Assembly: GCF_001677475.2 (NCBI RefSeq)
Contig: NZ_CP015229.1
Origin: Escherichia coli
Lineage (GTDB): Bacteria > Pseudomonadota > Gammaproteobacteria > Enterobacterales > Enterobacteriaceae
Length of the DNA stretch: 64,000 nt
Direction: 5' to 3' (one strand)
The notes under the pieces are model-generated. The model was given only the letters and a program-made list of their open reading frames with translations. It was not told the origin of the DNA and searched no databases. The first letter of the stretch is position 1; every line of letters starts with the position of its first letter. Shown in pieces: positions 12,779-28,306 of the stretch. A program made the position numbers and the translations under genes.

Positions 12779-14029
12779 TTAGCGATCAGTTTCGGTGATC
12801 CACAGCTGGCCACCTTCCATCCACGCCAGCCACTGACCATCCGGCGAGAAGACCACGGCGTCCGCAGAAGGTGGATTGGCGTGGTTTTCGGTTAAATACT
12901 CAACCTCGCCGCTTTGCGCATGGGCGCAAGCAATTCGATTATCCAGCACAAAGCCCAACCATTCTCCTGACGGATGCCAGTTAAATGCAGACTGAATATC
13001 CGTTTTGTTATGGGTTAACTGGCGCGGCTCGCCGCCTTGTGCCGAGATAAGCCACAGTTGCACAATGCCGTTATCATCACGCATTAAAAACGCGATTTGC
13101 GTACCCTGCGGATTACAGCGCACCCAGTGGCGCGGGACGTTGACTAACCCCGGATAAGCCCGATGGTGGGTAAAGGTTAAACGTCGCTGCACGACGCCAC
13201 GCGGTGGCGCGGGCAGGGTTGTTTCCGTTCCACTTAACGGCGCATCACCTGCCGCTTTCCAGCCAGCTTCATCTTGCGGTAACTCAACGATAAACAGCTC
13301 CGGCACTTTCTCGCCCTTTGGCGAAAGTGTGTCGCCAATAAACGCCAGCGCGTGATTTCCTACCCATCCTTCTTCATAAGCACGATTGATTTCATCGCTG
13401 CCAGGCTGCGGCGTGGGCGTTGTTTTACTCACCAGCACACACCAGTGGCTACCGCTGTATTCACGCGGATGCTGCTTTTGTACATTGACCGGGCCAAACG
13501 GTGCAGCAACACCGACGTTTCGCAAATCCAGCGCCGGATCGAGTTGATGCATTACATGGTCGTTATAGGTAAAGCTCACCCTTTCACCGTTCGGGTTAAA
13601 GACATGCACATGGCTGCCACCGCGCAGCGCCCCTGGCGTATACGGCGCGGTAATATCCATCGCATCAAGGTTACTCACCTTGCCGCCTTCAACAATCACT
13701 CCGCGCCGATGATGGAAGTCGTAATGCCATGTTTCATCAGGATTTTCCGGGCCGTGAATGAAGACATATTTTTCTGACTTCGGATGAACGGTCACCACGC
13801 CGACGTGTGCGCCCTGTGACGCGCGATAGATAACCTCGACCTCGCCGGTATGGATATTCACACGCTCAATGGTCTCGCCGGTAAACGACGCCCCAGAAGG
13901 ACGCACGTCAAATACCAGCCACTGGCTGTCGGGCGTCCAGGTATTGGTATTGGTGAGCAGGTGATTACGGGGAGCAAAGGTTATCTGTTTCATGGCGCGG
14001 TCCTGATACAAAACGGTTCCCGCCATCAT
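12779..14029 (-). CDS. yidR: Conserved protein YidR (DUF3748, beta-propeller-like)
   Basis: 416-aa ORF in the expected position; exact start uncertain (alternative Met 12 codons in). Confidence 0.75.
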   Translation of the reverse strand: MMAGTVLYQDRAMKQITFAPRNHLLTNTNTWTPDSQWLVFDVRPSGASFTGETIERVNIHTGEVEVIYRASQGAHVGVVTVHPKSEKYVFIHGPENPDETWHYDFHHRRGVIVEGGKVSNLDAMDITAPYTPGALRGGSHVHVFNPNGERVSFTYNDHVMHQLDPALDLRNVGVAAPFGPVNVQKQHPREYSGSHWCVLVSKTTPTPQPGSDEINRAYEEGWVGNHALAFIGDTLSPKGEKVPELFIVELPQDEAGWKAAGDAPLSGTETTLPAPPRGVVQRRLTFTHHRAYPGLVNVPRHWVRCNPQGTQIAFLMRDDNGIVQLWLISAQGGEPRQLTHNKTDIQSAFNWHPSGEWLGFVLDNRIACAHAQSGEVEYLTENHANPPSADAVVFSPDGQWLAWMEGGQLWITETDR

Positions 14030-14093
14030 ACTTCACAAGGACTTCACTTTCAGACAATAGTCTTTTGCCATCGTGATGAATGTGAGTAAAAAG

Positions 14094-15194
14094 ATGGAAC
14101 ATTTCGACGTGGCGATTATTGGCCTCGGCCCGGCGGGGTCGGCGTTGGCGCGGCAGTTAGCAGGCAAAATGCAGGTGATCGCGCTGGATAAAAAGCACCA
14201 GTACGGTACTGAAGGTTTCAGCAAGCCTTGTGGTGGTCTGCTGGCACCGGACGCGCAGCGTTCTTTTATTCGCGATGGACTGACGCTTCCTGTCGATGTA
14301 ATCGCCAATCCGCAGATTTTCAGCGTCAAAACCGTCGACGTCGCCGCATCGCTCACGCGTAACTACCAGCGGAGCTATATCAATATTAATCGCCATGCTT
14401 TCGACTTGTGGATGAAATCGCTGATCCCCGCCAGCGTTGAGGTTTATCACGACAGCCTGTGTCGAAAAATCTGGCGTGAGGATGATAAATGGCATGTCAT
14501 TTTTCGTGCAGACGGCTGGGAGCAACATATTACTGCCCGCTATCTGGTCGGTGCCGATGGCGCAAACTCGATGGTGCGGCGACATCTCTACCCGGATCAT
14601 CAAATCCGTAAATATGTCGCTATCCAGCAGTGGTTCGCAGAGAAACATCCGGTGCCGTTCTACTCCTGCATCTTTGATAATTCGATAACTAACTGTTATT
14701 CATGGAGTATCAGCAAAGACGGTTATTTTATCTTTGGCGGTGCCTATCCAATGAAAGACGGTCAGACGCGTTTCGCGACGCTGAAAGAGAAAATGAGCGC
14801 CTTTCAGTTCCAGTTTGGTAAGGCGGTGAAAAGCGAAAAATGCACGGTGCTGTTTCCCTCACGCTGGCAGGATTTTGTCTGCGGTAAGGACAACGCCTTT
14901 CTGATTGGCGAAGCGGCGGGATTTATCAGCGCCAGCTCGCTGGAAGGGATTAGCTATGCGCTGGATAGCGCAGAGATTCTGCGTGCGGTGTTCCTGAAAC
15001 AGCCGGAGAAGAGCAACGCCGCTTACTGGCGCGCCACCCGCAAACTGCGTTTAAAACTCTTCGGCAAGATAGTAAAAAGCCGATGCCTGACCGCACCGGC
15101 TTTAAGAAAGTGGATTATGCGCAGTGGTGTGGCGCATATTCCACAGTTGAAAGATTATCCAACGCGCTTCACATCGCCCACCAGCAGGATGTAA
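14094..15194 (+). CDS. cbrA: FAD-dependent oxidoreductase CbrA (colicin E2 tolerance protein)
   Basis: N-terminal FAD-binding [24 protein letters not shown]; the 3' end overlaps the convergent dgoT remnant. Confidence 0.8.
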   Translation: MEHFDVAIIGLGPAGSALARQLAGKMQVIALDKKHQYGTEGFSKPCGGLLAPDAQRSFIRDGLTLPVDVIANPQIFSVKTVDVAASLTRNYQRSYININRHAFDLWMKSLIPASVEVYHDSLCRKIWREDDKWHVIFRADGWEQHITARYLVGADGANSMVRRHLYPDHQIRKYVAIQQWFAEKHPVPFYSCIFDNSITNCYSWSISKDGYFIFGGAYPMKDGQTRFATLKEKMSAFQFQFGKAVKSEKCTVLFPSRWQDFVCGKDNAFLIGEAAGFISASSLEGISYALDSAEILRAVFLKQPEKSNAAYWRATRKLRLKLFGKIVKSRCLTAPALRKWIMRSGVAHIPQLKDYPTRFTSPTSRM

Positions 15195-15268
15195 GAGAGT
15201 GCGCCAATCAACGCGACGACGGAGATATAAACCAGTGCAGGCGCGAAGCCATAGCCTTGCAACAGATA
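15156..15268 (-). pseudogene. dgoT: 3'-terminal remnant (about 37 codons) of the D-galactonate MFS transporter gene dgoT; the rest of dgoT and dgoDAKR are absent
   Basis: Minus-strand frame reads [45 protein letters not shown], a terminal MFS transmembrane helix with no upstream ORF. Confidence 0.5.
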
Positions 15269-15404
15269 TTAGTCCACAAAAAAACAACTCATAAGAAAAG
15301 GTCTTATATCGGGCAGAAATCTGAAAAGGGAGATCAGGCGCTAAACAGGAGGGAAAGAAGAGTATGCTTTCAACGGCTTAGCGATCTTGTTTAAAGGATT
15401 AATC

Positions 15405-16061
15405 ATGAATTTGAATTTTAAGGGATTTTTTAAGGCTGCCGGTTTATTCCCACTGGCGCTGATGCTTTCGGGCTGTATCTCGTATGCCCTGGTTTCCCAT
15501 ACCGCAAAGGGTACTTCAGGAAAGTATCAATCGCAGTCAGACACCATCACGGGGCTATCGCAGGCAAAGGATAGTAATGGAACAAAAGGCTATGTTTTTG
15601 TAGGGGAATCGCTGGATTACCTTATCACTGATGGTGCCGATGACATCGTTAAGATGCTCAATGATCCAGCACTTAACCGGCACAATATTCAGGTTGCTGA
15701 TGACGCAAGATTTGTTTTAAATGCGGGGAAAAAGAAATTTACCGGCACAATATCGCTTTACTACTACTGGAATAACGAAGAAGAAAAGGCACTGGCAACG
15801 CATTATGATTTTGCCTGTGGTGTTCAACACTGTACCAGGTCACTGGAAAACCTAAAAGGCACAATCCATGAGAAAAATAAAAACATGGATTACTCAAAGG
15901 TGATGGCGTTCTACCATCCATTTAAAGTGCGATTTTATGAATACTATTCACCCAGAGGCATTCCGGATGGTGTTTCCGCAGCATTACTGCCAGTGACTGT
16001 TACGCTGGACATCATTACTGCACCGCTGCAATTTCTGGTTGTATATGCAGTAAACCAATAA
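15405..16061 (+). CDS. yidX: Lipoprotein YidX
   Basis: Starts [27 protein letters not shown] (lipobox LSGC). Confidence 0.8.
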   Translation: MNLNFKGFFKAAGLFPLALMLSGCISYALVSHTAKGTSGKYQSQSDTITGLSQAKDSNGTKGYVFVGESLDYLITDGADDIVKMLNDPALNRHNIQVADDARFVLNAGKKKFTGTISLYYYWNNEEEKALATHYDFACGVQHCTRSLENLKGTIHEKNKNMDYSKVMAFYHPFKVRFYEYYSPRGIPDGVSAALLPVTVTLDIITAPLQFLVVYAVNQ

Positions 16062-16106
16062 TCAGTAAGCGGGCAAACGCGTTTATGCTGTTTGCCCGTC
16101 CACTGA

Positions 16107-16919
16107 TTAATTCAGCACATACTTCTCAATAGCAAACGCCACGCCATCTTCAAGGTTGGATTTGGTGACAAAGTTCGCCACTTCTTTCACCGAAGGAATA
16201 GCGTTATCCATCGCCACACCGACGCCTGCATATTCAATCATTGCGATGTCGTTTTCCTGATCGCCAATCGCCATGATTTCTTCCGGTTTAATACCTAACA
16301 CGTCGGCCAGTGATTTCACACCCGTACCTTTGTTAACGCGTTTATCGAGGATTTCGAGGAAGTACGGCGCACTTTTCAGCACGGTATATTTCTCTTTCAC
16401 TTCCTGCGGAATACGCGCGATCGCCTGGTCGAGGATGGCGGGTTCATCAATCATCATCACTTTCAGGAACTGGGTATTGGGGTCCATTTTCTCCGCTTCG
16501 CAGAATACCAGCGGAATGGTGGCAACGAAGGATTCATGCACCGTGTAGTAGCTGATATCGCGATTTGCTGTATACAGCGTGGTGCGGTCCAGGGCGTGGA
16601 AATGAGAACCGACTTCGCGAGAGAGTTTTTCCAGGAAACGGTAGTCGTCATAGCTGAGAGCGGTTTGCGCCACGGTGCTACCATCAGCGGCCTTCTGTAC
16701 CAGCGCGCCGTTATAAGTAATGCAGTAGTCGCCCGGCTGTTCCATATGCAGCTCTTTCAGGTAATTGTGCACACCTGCATACGGGCGACCCGTCGTTAGC
16801 ACGACATTCACGCCACGGGCGCGAGCTGCGGCAATCGCATTTTTAACAGCGGGTGAAATGGTGTGATCGGGCAGCAGAAGGGTGCCATCCATATCGATAG
16901 CAATGAGTTTGATAGCCAT
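16107..16919 (-). CDS. yidA: HAD-superfamily sugar phosphatase YidA (Cof-type)
   Basis: Starts MAIKLIAIDMDGTLL (HAD motif I DxDGT); 270 aa. Confidence 0.9.
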   Translation of the reverse strand: MAIKLIAIDMDGTLLLPDHTISPAVKNAIAAARARGVNVVLTTGRPYAGVHNYLKELHMEQPGDYCITYNGALVQKAADGSTVAQTALSYDDYRFLEKLSREVGSHFHALDRTTLYTANRDISYYTVHESFVATIPLVFCEAEKMDPNTQFLKVMMIDEPAILDQAIARIPQEVKEKYTVLKSAPYFLEILDKRVNKGTGVKSLADVLGIKPEEIMAIGDQENDIAMIEYAGVGVAMDNAIPSVKEVANFVTKSNLEDGVAFAIEKYVLN

Positions 16920-17033
16920 GAGTTCCCCAGGTAGATTGGTTCCTGACTCATGCTAACGCGATTCCGCTCAAAAATCAGTACAACACCCGAGGGAAAAGGG
17001 GGATGCAACGCGTGTTGCGTGCTCCCCTTTTGC

Positions 17034-17432
17034 TTAGCGGAAGAGTTTCCCTTTCAGCAGTTCCATACCTGCGGAAAGCAGATCGTTATTGGCTTGTGGT
17101 GACACTTCACCTTGCGGTGAGAGTGCATCAATAATCTTCGGCAATTGCTCTGCCAGTAAGCTGGAAGCCGTACTGGTATCCACGCCCAGTTTTTGCCCGA
17201 GATCGGACACCGCATTTGTGCCGAGCGCTGATTCCAGTTGCTCGCCGCTAACTGGTTGGTTGCCCTGTTGATTACTCAACCAGGTTGAGAGAATGGCACC
17301 TAAACCGCCACTTTGCAGTTTTTCCAGCAGCACCTGGATGCCTCCCTGTTCCTCAACCCAACTTAAAATCGCCTGATATTTTCCCGCATCGCCTTTCAGA
17401 AAGGCACCGACAACTTCATCAAAAAGCCCCAT
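17034..17432 (-). CDS. yidB: Conserved protein YidB (DUF937)
   Basis: About 132 aa ending GMELLKGKLFR; start set at MGLFDEVVG. Confidence 0.8.
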   Translation of the reverse strand: MGLFDEVVGAFLKGDAGKYQAILSWVEEQGGIQVLLEKLQSGGLGAILSTWLSNQQGNQPVSGEQLESALGTNAVSDLGQKLGVDTSTASSLLAEQLPKIIDALSPQGEVSPQANNDLLSAGMELLKGKLFR

Positions 17433-17510
17433 GATAATCACCTGTAAAGCGTTACGTGTTGACCCAAAAAGTATAGATCTGCGGGATGATAATTGCGGAT
17501 TGCAGAAATA

Positions 17511-17543
17511 AAAAGGGCGGAGATGATCTCCGCCCTTTTTTAT
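17511..17543. terminator. Bidirectional rho-independent terminator between yidB and gyrB
   Basis: AAAAAGGGCGGAGATGATCTCCGCCCTTTTTTAT: hairpin flanked by A-run and T-run. Confidence 0.7.
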
Positions 17544-17549
17544 AGCTTC

Positions 17550-17655
17550 TTGCCGGATGCGGCGTTAACGCCTTATCCGGCCTACAAAATCATGCAAATT
17601 CAATACATTGCAGGAGTCTCGTAGGACTGATAAGCGTAGCGCATCAGGCACGCTC
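17550..17655. repeat. REP/BIME element (two REP units)
   Basis: GCCGGATGCGGCGTTAACGCCTTATCCGGCCTAC and GTAGGACTGATAAGCGTAGCGCATCAGGCA match the REP consensus. Confidence 0.75.
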
Positions 17656-17670
17656 GCATGGTTAACGCCA

Positions 17671-21186
<3,516 letters not shown>

Positions 21187-21187
<1 letters not shown>

Positions 21188-22287
21188 TACAGTCTCATTG
21201 GCATGACAACATAGGCAGCCGACTGTGATGCGGCATCTTCAATCTGCACGCTGGAAACCGAATCGGTCAGCATCATGCGGACGTTTTCACATTTCAGCGC
21301 GTTCAGAACATCCAGCACATAGCTGACGTTGAAGCCGATTTCCATCTCCGCACCGCTATAGATAACGTCGAGGATCTCTTCCGCTTCTTCCTGTTCCGGG
21401 TTGTTGGCGGTGATTTTCAGCTGGTTTTCGCTGACATAAAGACGTACGCCGCGGAATTTCTCGTTAGAGAGAATTGCCGCGCGAGCAAACGCCTGCTTGA
21501 GGAGATCGCAACCTGCTTCCAGATGTTTGTCCGGGTTCTTCGGCAGAACGCGGCGATAATCCGGGAAGCGACCATCCACCAGTTTGGAGGTGAAGATAAA
21601 GTCGCCAACGTGGGCGCGAATGTTGTTGCTGCCAATCTGCACGCGCAGCGGACTGTCGCCGCCGTCGAGCATACGCATCAGTTCAATCACGCCTTTACGC
21701 GGTACGATCACCGAATGGCTTGGCAAAGATTGACCTATTGGCATTGAACAGACCGCCAGACGGTGGCCGTCGGTCGCCACGGTGCGCAGTTCTTCACCTT
21801 CGGTTTCAAACAGCATACCGTTTAAGTAATAGCGAACGTCCTGATGTGCCATAGAAAACTGGGTCGCTTCAATCAGACGCTTCATCGTCGCCTGCGGCAG
21901 GGTAAATTCGACTTCGCTCTGCCAGTCATCGAGGTTCGGGAAATCTGCCGCTGGCAGGGTAGACAGCGAAAAACGGCTGCGCCCGGAGCGCACCAGCATC
22001 CGCTCACCTTCCAGCTGCACGGCAATTTCCGCGCCTTCAGGCAGACCACGGCAGATATCAAAGAATTTGCGCGCCGGAACGGTCGTCGCCCCTGGTTCGT
22101 GCGGCTGAACCAGCGCAACGCGTGCCACCATTTCCATCTCGAGATCAGTACCGGTCAGCGACAACGTACCGTCAGCAACCTGTAACAGCAGATTACCGAG
22201 AATCGGTAGCGTAGGACGACCACCTAACGGACCGCTCACCTGTTGTAGCGGTTTTAATAAATGCTCACGTTCTACGGTAAATTTCAT
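21187..22287 (-). CDS. dnaN: DNA polymerase III beta sliding clamp
   Basis: Starts [37 protein letters not shown]; 366 aa; 1-nt overlap with recF. Confidence 0.97.
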
Positions 22288-22291
22288 AGGT

Positions 22292-23695
22292 TTACGATGA
22301 CAATGTTCTGATTAAATTTGAAAAATCTTCTTTGATATCGTGGCTCTCTTCACGCAACTGCTCGATCTTCCGGCAGGCATGAAGCACCGTCGTGTGGTCA
22401 CGACCACCAAACGCATCGCCAATCTCCGGCAGACTGTGGTTAGTCAGCTCTTTCGCCAGCGCCATCGCCATCTGGCGCGGACGCGCCACCGAGCGGGATC
22501 GACGCTTGGAAAGGAGATCCGCGACTTTGATCTTGTAGTACTCCGCCACCGTCTTCTGAATATTGTCGATGGTGACCAGTTTTTCCTGCAATGCCAGCAA
22601 GTCGCGCAGCGCCTCACGCACGAAGTCGATGGTGATCGCCCGTCCGGTAAAGTTGGCGTTGGCAATGACGCGGTTCAGCGCGCCTTCCAGCTCACGTACG
22701 TTAGATCGTAGACGCTTGGCGATAAAGAACGCCACTTCGCCTGGCAAACGAATGTCGTTTTCGTCGGCCTTTTTCATCAGGATCGCCACGCGGGTTTCCA
22801 GCTCTGGCGGTTCGATCGCCACAGTCAGTCCCCAACCGAAGCGGGATTTCAAACGATCCTCAACGCCGTTGATCTCTTTCGGATAGCGATCCGAGGTGAG
22901 AATGATCTGTTGATTACCTTCCAGCAGGGCGTTGAAGGTGTGGAAAAACTCTTCCTGAGATCGTTCTTTATTAGCAAAAAACTGAATATCGTCGATCAGC
23001 AGTGCATCTACGGAACGGTAGTAGCGTTTAAACTCTTCGATCGCGTTATTTTGCAGGGCTTTAACCATGTCCTGAACAAAGCGCTCGGAGTGCATATAAA
23101 CCACTTTGGCATTCGGCTTGCGCGCCATAATGCCGTTACCCACCGCATGCAGCAGGTGAGTTTTACCCAGACCCGTGCCGCCATAAAGGAACAACGGGTT
23201 ATAGGCACCGCCAGGGTTATCTGCCACCTGGCGAGCCGCCGCGCGCGCCAGTTGGTTAGATTTACCTTCGACGAAGTTATCAAACGTGTGTTTGACGTTT
23301 ACGTTAGAACGATAGGTCGGTTCTGCCGGGGCCGGGACGTTATCCCAACCTGAGCGCGTAGAAGGCGCAGCACGTTGCGGCTGCGTTTGCGCCACCTGTG
23401 CAGGGGCCGCGACGTTGCTCGTCACTGCCGCTTGTGGCGTTTGCGTCACCGGTTTGGTGCCCACTTCAAAACGCAGCTGTGGGGCATCCGCTCCGCAGAA
23501 ACTGGTTAGCAGTCCATTGATATTATTAAGGTACTTGTCCCGTACCCAATCGAGGACAAAACGGTTTGGCGCGTACAGGGCCAGCGTGTTATCGCTCAGT
23601 TCCGCCTGCAATGGGCGTATCCACATACTGAATTCTGTGGCTGGTAACTCATCCTGCAATCGGGCAAGACACTGCTGCCAAAGCGAAAGTGACAC
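22292..23695 (-). CDS. dnaA: Chromosomal replication initiator protein DnaA
   Basis: Contains [36 protein letters not shown]+ Walker [17 protein letters not shown] and a C-terminal DNA-binding domain; start placed at the GTG giving VSLSLWQQ. Confidence 0.95.
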
Positions 23696-23904
23696 GGCGG
23701 ACTCCACTCGAACAAAAGTCGATAATGACTAAGGCTGAAACATTCATGATTGTTGACGTACGTCGAAAAGACCCTGCATGAGGGTGACGCACGAACCGCT
23801 GTCTGCGGTTATATGCCCGATCAAGATCCTGCAAAACGATCGGGACCGCGGATCATAGCCTAAACTGCGCAAGAGATCTTCTGTTTCTCACAGATTTTCC
23901 CGAT

Positions 23905-23913
23905 TTATCCACA
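23905..23913. promoter_or_regulatory. Consensus DnaA box TTATCCACA in the dnaA promoter region (autoregulation site)
   Basis: Exact 9-mer in the dnaA upstream region, with multiple GATC sites nearby (23821..23860). Confidence 0.7.
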
Positions 23914-24289
23914 GGACTTTCCAGAACTCGCTAAGTGTAAACGATCCTGCCGCGGGGCGGGCACGATTTACGCCGCATATTGGAAAATTTAATGACCATA
24001 GACAAAAATTGGCTTAATCGATCTAATAAAGATCCAGGACGATCCTTGCGCTTTACCCGTCAGCCCGTATAATCCTCCACCCGGCGCGCCATGCTGGTTT
24101 TCACTGGTGTGAGGCCGTACGTTTTCCCCGCGAAAAGGTGCGGAAAAGCGCGGTAAATAAGGAAAGAGAATTGACTCCGGAGTGTACAATTATTACAATC
24201 CGGCCTCTTTAATCACCCATGGCTTCGGTGTCCATCGTTTCATTTTTCGGCGGATATCCAATAAAGCCATTGAATTTATTCAAGTTTAG

Positions 24290-24442
<153 letters not shown>

Positions 24443-24458
24443 TAAAGCTAACCCCTGA

Positions 24459-24818
24459 GTGGTTAAGCTCGCATTTCCCAGGGAGTTACGCTTGTTAACT
24501 CCCAGTCAATTCACATTCGTCTTCCAGCAGCCACAACGGGCTGGCACGCCGCAAATTACCATTCTCGGCCGCCTGAATTCGCTGGGGCATCCCCGTATCG
24601 GTCTTACAGTCGCCAAGAAAAACGTTCGACGCGCCCATGAACGCAATCGGATTAAACGTCTGACGCGTGAAAGCTTCCGTCTGCGCCAACATGAACTCCC
24701 GGCTATGGATTTCGTGGTGGTGGCGAAAAAAGGGGTTGCCGACCTCGATAACCGTGCTCTCTCGGAAGCGTTGGAAAAATTATGGCGCCGCCACTGTCGC
24801 CTGGCTCGCGGGTCCTGA
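24459..24818 (+). CDS. rnpA: RNase P protein component
   Basis: Starts [29 protein letters not shown]; 119 aa. Confidence 0.95.
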
Positions 24819-25039
24819 TAGCCCTCATTCGGGTCTATCAACGCCTGATTAGTCCGCTACTCGGGCCGCATTGTCGTTTCACTCCAACCTGTTCAAGCTA
24901 CGGAATTGAGGCATTGCGCAGGTTTGGAGTGATAAAAGGCAGTTGGTTGACGGTGAAACGCGTATTAAAATGCCACCCTTTACACCCTGGTGGTGACGAT
25001 CCCGTCCCGCCCGGACCATTTGATACCAGAGAACACTAA
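24782..25039 (+). CDS. yidD: Membrane protein insertion efficiency factor YidD
   Basis: 85 aa with the Cys-containing [17 protein letters not shown]; overlaps the 3' end of rnpA. Confidence 0.85.
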
Positions 25040-25041
25040 CG

Positions 25042-26688
25042 ATGGATTCGCAACGCAATCTTTTAGTCATCGCTTTGCTGTTCGTGTCTTTCATGATCTG
25101 GCAAGCCTGGGAGCAGGATAAAAACCCGCAACCTCAGGCCCAACAGACCACGCAGACAACGACCACCGCAGCGGGTAGCGCCGCCGACCAGGGCGTACCG
25201 GCCAGTGGCCAGGGGAAACTGATCTCGGTTAAGACCGACGTGCTTGATCTGACCATCAACACCCGTGGTGGTGATGTTGAGCAAGCTCTGCTGCCTGCTT
25301 ACCCGAAAGAGCTGAACTCTACCCAGCCGTTCCAGTTGCTGGAAACTTCACCGCAGTTTATTTATCAGGCACAGAGCGGTCTGACCGGTCGTGATGGCCC
25401 GGATAACCCGGCTAACGGCCCGCGTCCGCTGTATAACGTTGAAAAAGACGCTTATGTGCTGGCTGAAGGTCAAAACGAACTGCAGGTGCCGATGACGTAT
25501 ACCGACGCGGCAGGCAACACGTTTACCAAAACGTTTGTCCTGAAACGTGGTGATTACGCTGTCAACGTCAACTACAACGTGCAGAACGCTGGCGAGAAAC
25601 CGCTGGAAATCTCCACCTTTGGTCAGTTGAAGCAATCCATCACTCTGCCTCCGCATCTCGATACCGGAAGCAGCAACTTCGCACTGCACACCTTCCGTGG
25701 CGCGGCGTACTCCACGCCTGATGAGAAGTACGAGAAATACAAATTCGATACCATTGCCGATAACGAAAACCTGAACATCTCTTCGAAAGGTGGTTGGGTG
25801 GCGATGCTGCAACAGTATTTCGCGACGGCGTGGATCCCGCATAACGACGGTACCAACAACTTCTATACCGCTAATCTGGGTAACGGCATCGCCGCTATCG
25901 GCTATAAATCTCAGCCGGTACTGGTTCAGCCTGGTCAGACTGGCGCGATGAACAGCACCCTGTGGGTTGGCCCGGAAATCCAGGACAAAATGGCAGCTGT
26001 TGCTCCGCACCTGGATCTGACCGTTGATTACGGTTGGTTGTGGTTCATCTCTCAGCCGCTGTTCAAACTGCTGAAATGGATCCATAGCTTTGTGGGTAAC
26101 TGGGGCTTCTCCATTATCATCATCACCTTTATCGTTCGTGGCATCATGTACCCGCTGACCAAAGCGCAGTACACCTCCATGGCGAAGATGCGTATGCTGC
26201 AGCCGAAGATTCAGGCTATGCGTGAGCGTCTGGGCGATGACAAACAGCGTATCAGTCAGGAAATGATGGCGCTGTACAAAGCTGAGAAGGTTAACCCGCT
26301 GGGCGGCTGCTTCCCGCTGCTGATCCAGATGCCAATCTTCCTGGCGTTGTACTACATGCTGATGGGTTCCGTTGAACTGCGTCAGGCACCGTTTGCATTG
26401 TGGATCCACGACCTGTCTGCACAGGACCCGTACTACATCCTGCCGATCCTGATGGGCGTAACGATGTTCTTCATTCAGAAGATGTCGCCGACCACCGTGA
26501 CCGACCCGATGCAGCAGAAGATCATGACCTTTATGCCGGTTATCTTCACCGTGTTCTTCCTGTGGTTCCCGTCAGGTCTGGTGCTGTACTATATCGTCAG
26601 CAACCTGGTAACCATTATTCAGCAGCAGCTGATTTACCGTGGTCTGGAAAAACGTGGCCTGCATAGCCGCGAGAAGAAAAAATCCTGA
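25042..26688 (+). CDS. yidC: Membrane protein insertase YidC
   Basis: 548 aa; starts [27 protein letters not shown]; ends with the basic tail LHSREKKKS. Confidence 0.97.
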
Positions 26689-26717
26689 TTCGGTGAGTTT
26701 TCGCTAAAATAAGGGCG

Positions 26718-26745
26718 GTCAGTTGACCGCCTTTTTTCTTTTCGT
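26718..26745 (+). terminator. Rho-independent terminator after yidC
   Basis: AAGGGCGGTCAGTTGACCGCCTTTTTTC hairpin plus T-run; followed by a REP-like GGCGGATAAGCACCGCGCATCCGCC. Confidence 0.65.
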
Positions 26746-26793
26746 AGGGCGGATAAGCACCGCGCATCCGCCACACAAAGCAACAGGAACATC

Positions 26794-28158
26794 ATGAGCG
26801 ATAATGACACTATCGTAGCCCAGGCCACGCCTCCGGGACGTGGCGGTGTTGGCATCCTGCGCATCTCCGGCCTCAAAGCCCGTGAAGTTGCCGAAACCGT
26901 GCTGGGTAAACTGCCTAAGCCACGCTACGCCGATTATCTTCCGTTTAAAGACGCCGACGGCAGCGTGCTCGATCAGGGGATTGCGCTATGGTTCCCTGGC
27001 CCGAACTCGTTTACTGGCGAAGATGTGCTGGAACTGCAAGGTCATGGCGGTCCGGTGATCCTCGACCTGCTGTTAAAACGCATTCTGACCATTCCCGGCC
27101 TGCGGATTGCTCGCCCTGGTGAGTTTTCCGAACGCGCGTTTCTTAACGATAAACTCGACTTAGCCCAGGCCGAGGCGATTGCCGATCTTATCGACGCCAG
27201 TTCGGAACAGGCAGCCCGTTCGGCACTTAACTCGCTGCAAGGCGCATTCTCCGCACGGGTCAACCATCTGGTGGAAGCCCTCACCCACTTGCGCATTTAC
27301 GTCGAAGCGGCAATTGATTTCCCCGATGAAGAGATCGATTTCCTCTCCGACGGAAAAATTGAAGCCCAGCTCAATGACGTGATTGCCGATCTTGATGCTG
27401 TGCGCGCCGAAGCTCGTCAGGGTAGTTTGTTGCGCGAAGGGATGAAGGTGGTGATTGCCGGACGTCCTAACGCCGGTAAATCGAGCCTGTTAAACGCGCT
27501 GGCGGGCCGTGAAGCGGCAATCGTGACTGATATCGCCGGAACCACGCGTGACGTGCTGCGTGAGCATATCCACATTGACGGAATGCCGCTGCATATCATC
27601 GATACCGCCGGGCTACGTGAAGCCAGTGACGAAGTGGAACGTATTGGTATCGAGCGCGCATGGCAGGAAATTGAACAGGCCGACCGCGTGCTGTTTATGG
27701 TCGATGGCACCACGACAGACGCCGTTGATCCGGCAGAGATCTGGCCGGAATTTATCGCCCGTCTGCCAGCGAAACTGCCGATCACCGTGGTGCGCAATAA
27801 AGCCGATATCACCGGCGAAACGCTGGGAATGAGTGAAGTGAACGGTCACGCGTTAATTCGTCTCTCGGCAAGGACTGGTGAAGGCGTGGACGTGCTGCGT
27901 AACCATCTCAAACAGAGCATGGGCTTTGACACCAACATGGAAGGCGGCTTCCTGGCGCGCCGTCGCCACCTACAGGCACTGGAACAGGCAGCGGAGCATT
28001 TGCAGCAAGGTAAAGCGCAACTGTTAGGTGCCTGGGCGGGCGAACTGCTGGCGGAAGAGTTGCGCCTGGCGCAGCAGAACTTAAGCGAAATCACCGGGGA
28101 ATTTACTTCTGATGACCTGCTGGGGCGGATTTTCTCCAGCTTCTGTATTGGTAAGTAA
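26794..28158 (+). CDS. mnmE: tRNA modification GTPase MnmE (TrmE/ThdF)
   Basis: 454 aa; G-domain [17 protein letters not shown]-terminal CIGK motif. Confidence 0.97.
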
Positions 28159-28182
28159 CTCGTCTAAATTGATATAAAGGGC

Positions 28183-28240
28183 ACTGTTCCGTTCTGGGGA
28201 AACTAACTATCAGAACGGAACAGCGCTTGTTTTTTTATGA
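28183..28240 (+). terminator. Rho-independent terminator after mnmE
   Basis: Long inverted repeat CTGTTCCGTTCTG...CAGAACGGAACAG followed by a T-run. Confidence 0.7.
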
Positions 28241-28306
28241 GTATTCTGCACCAAAACTGCATTTGCTACTGGCTGGAGCGACTTTAAACACCTTGCAGTC
28301 CTGTCT

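Noticed and set aside
25348-26409. 353-aa minus-strand ORF antisense to yidC
   Set aside because: Antisense artefact; yidC on the plus strand is unambiguous.
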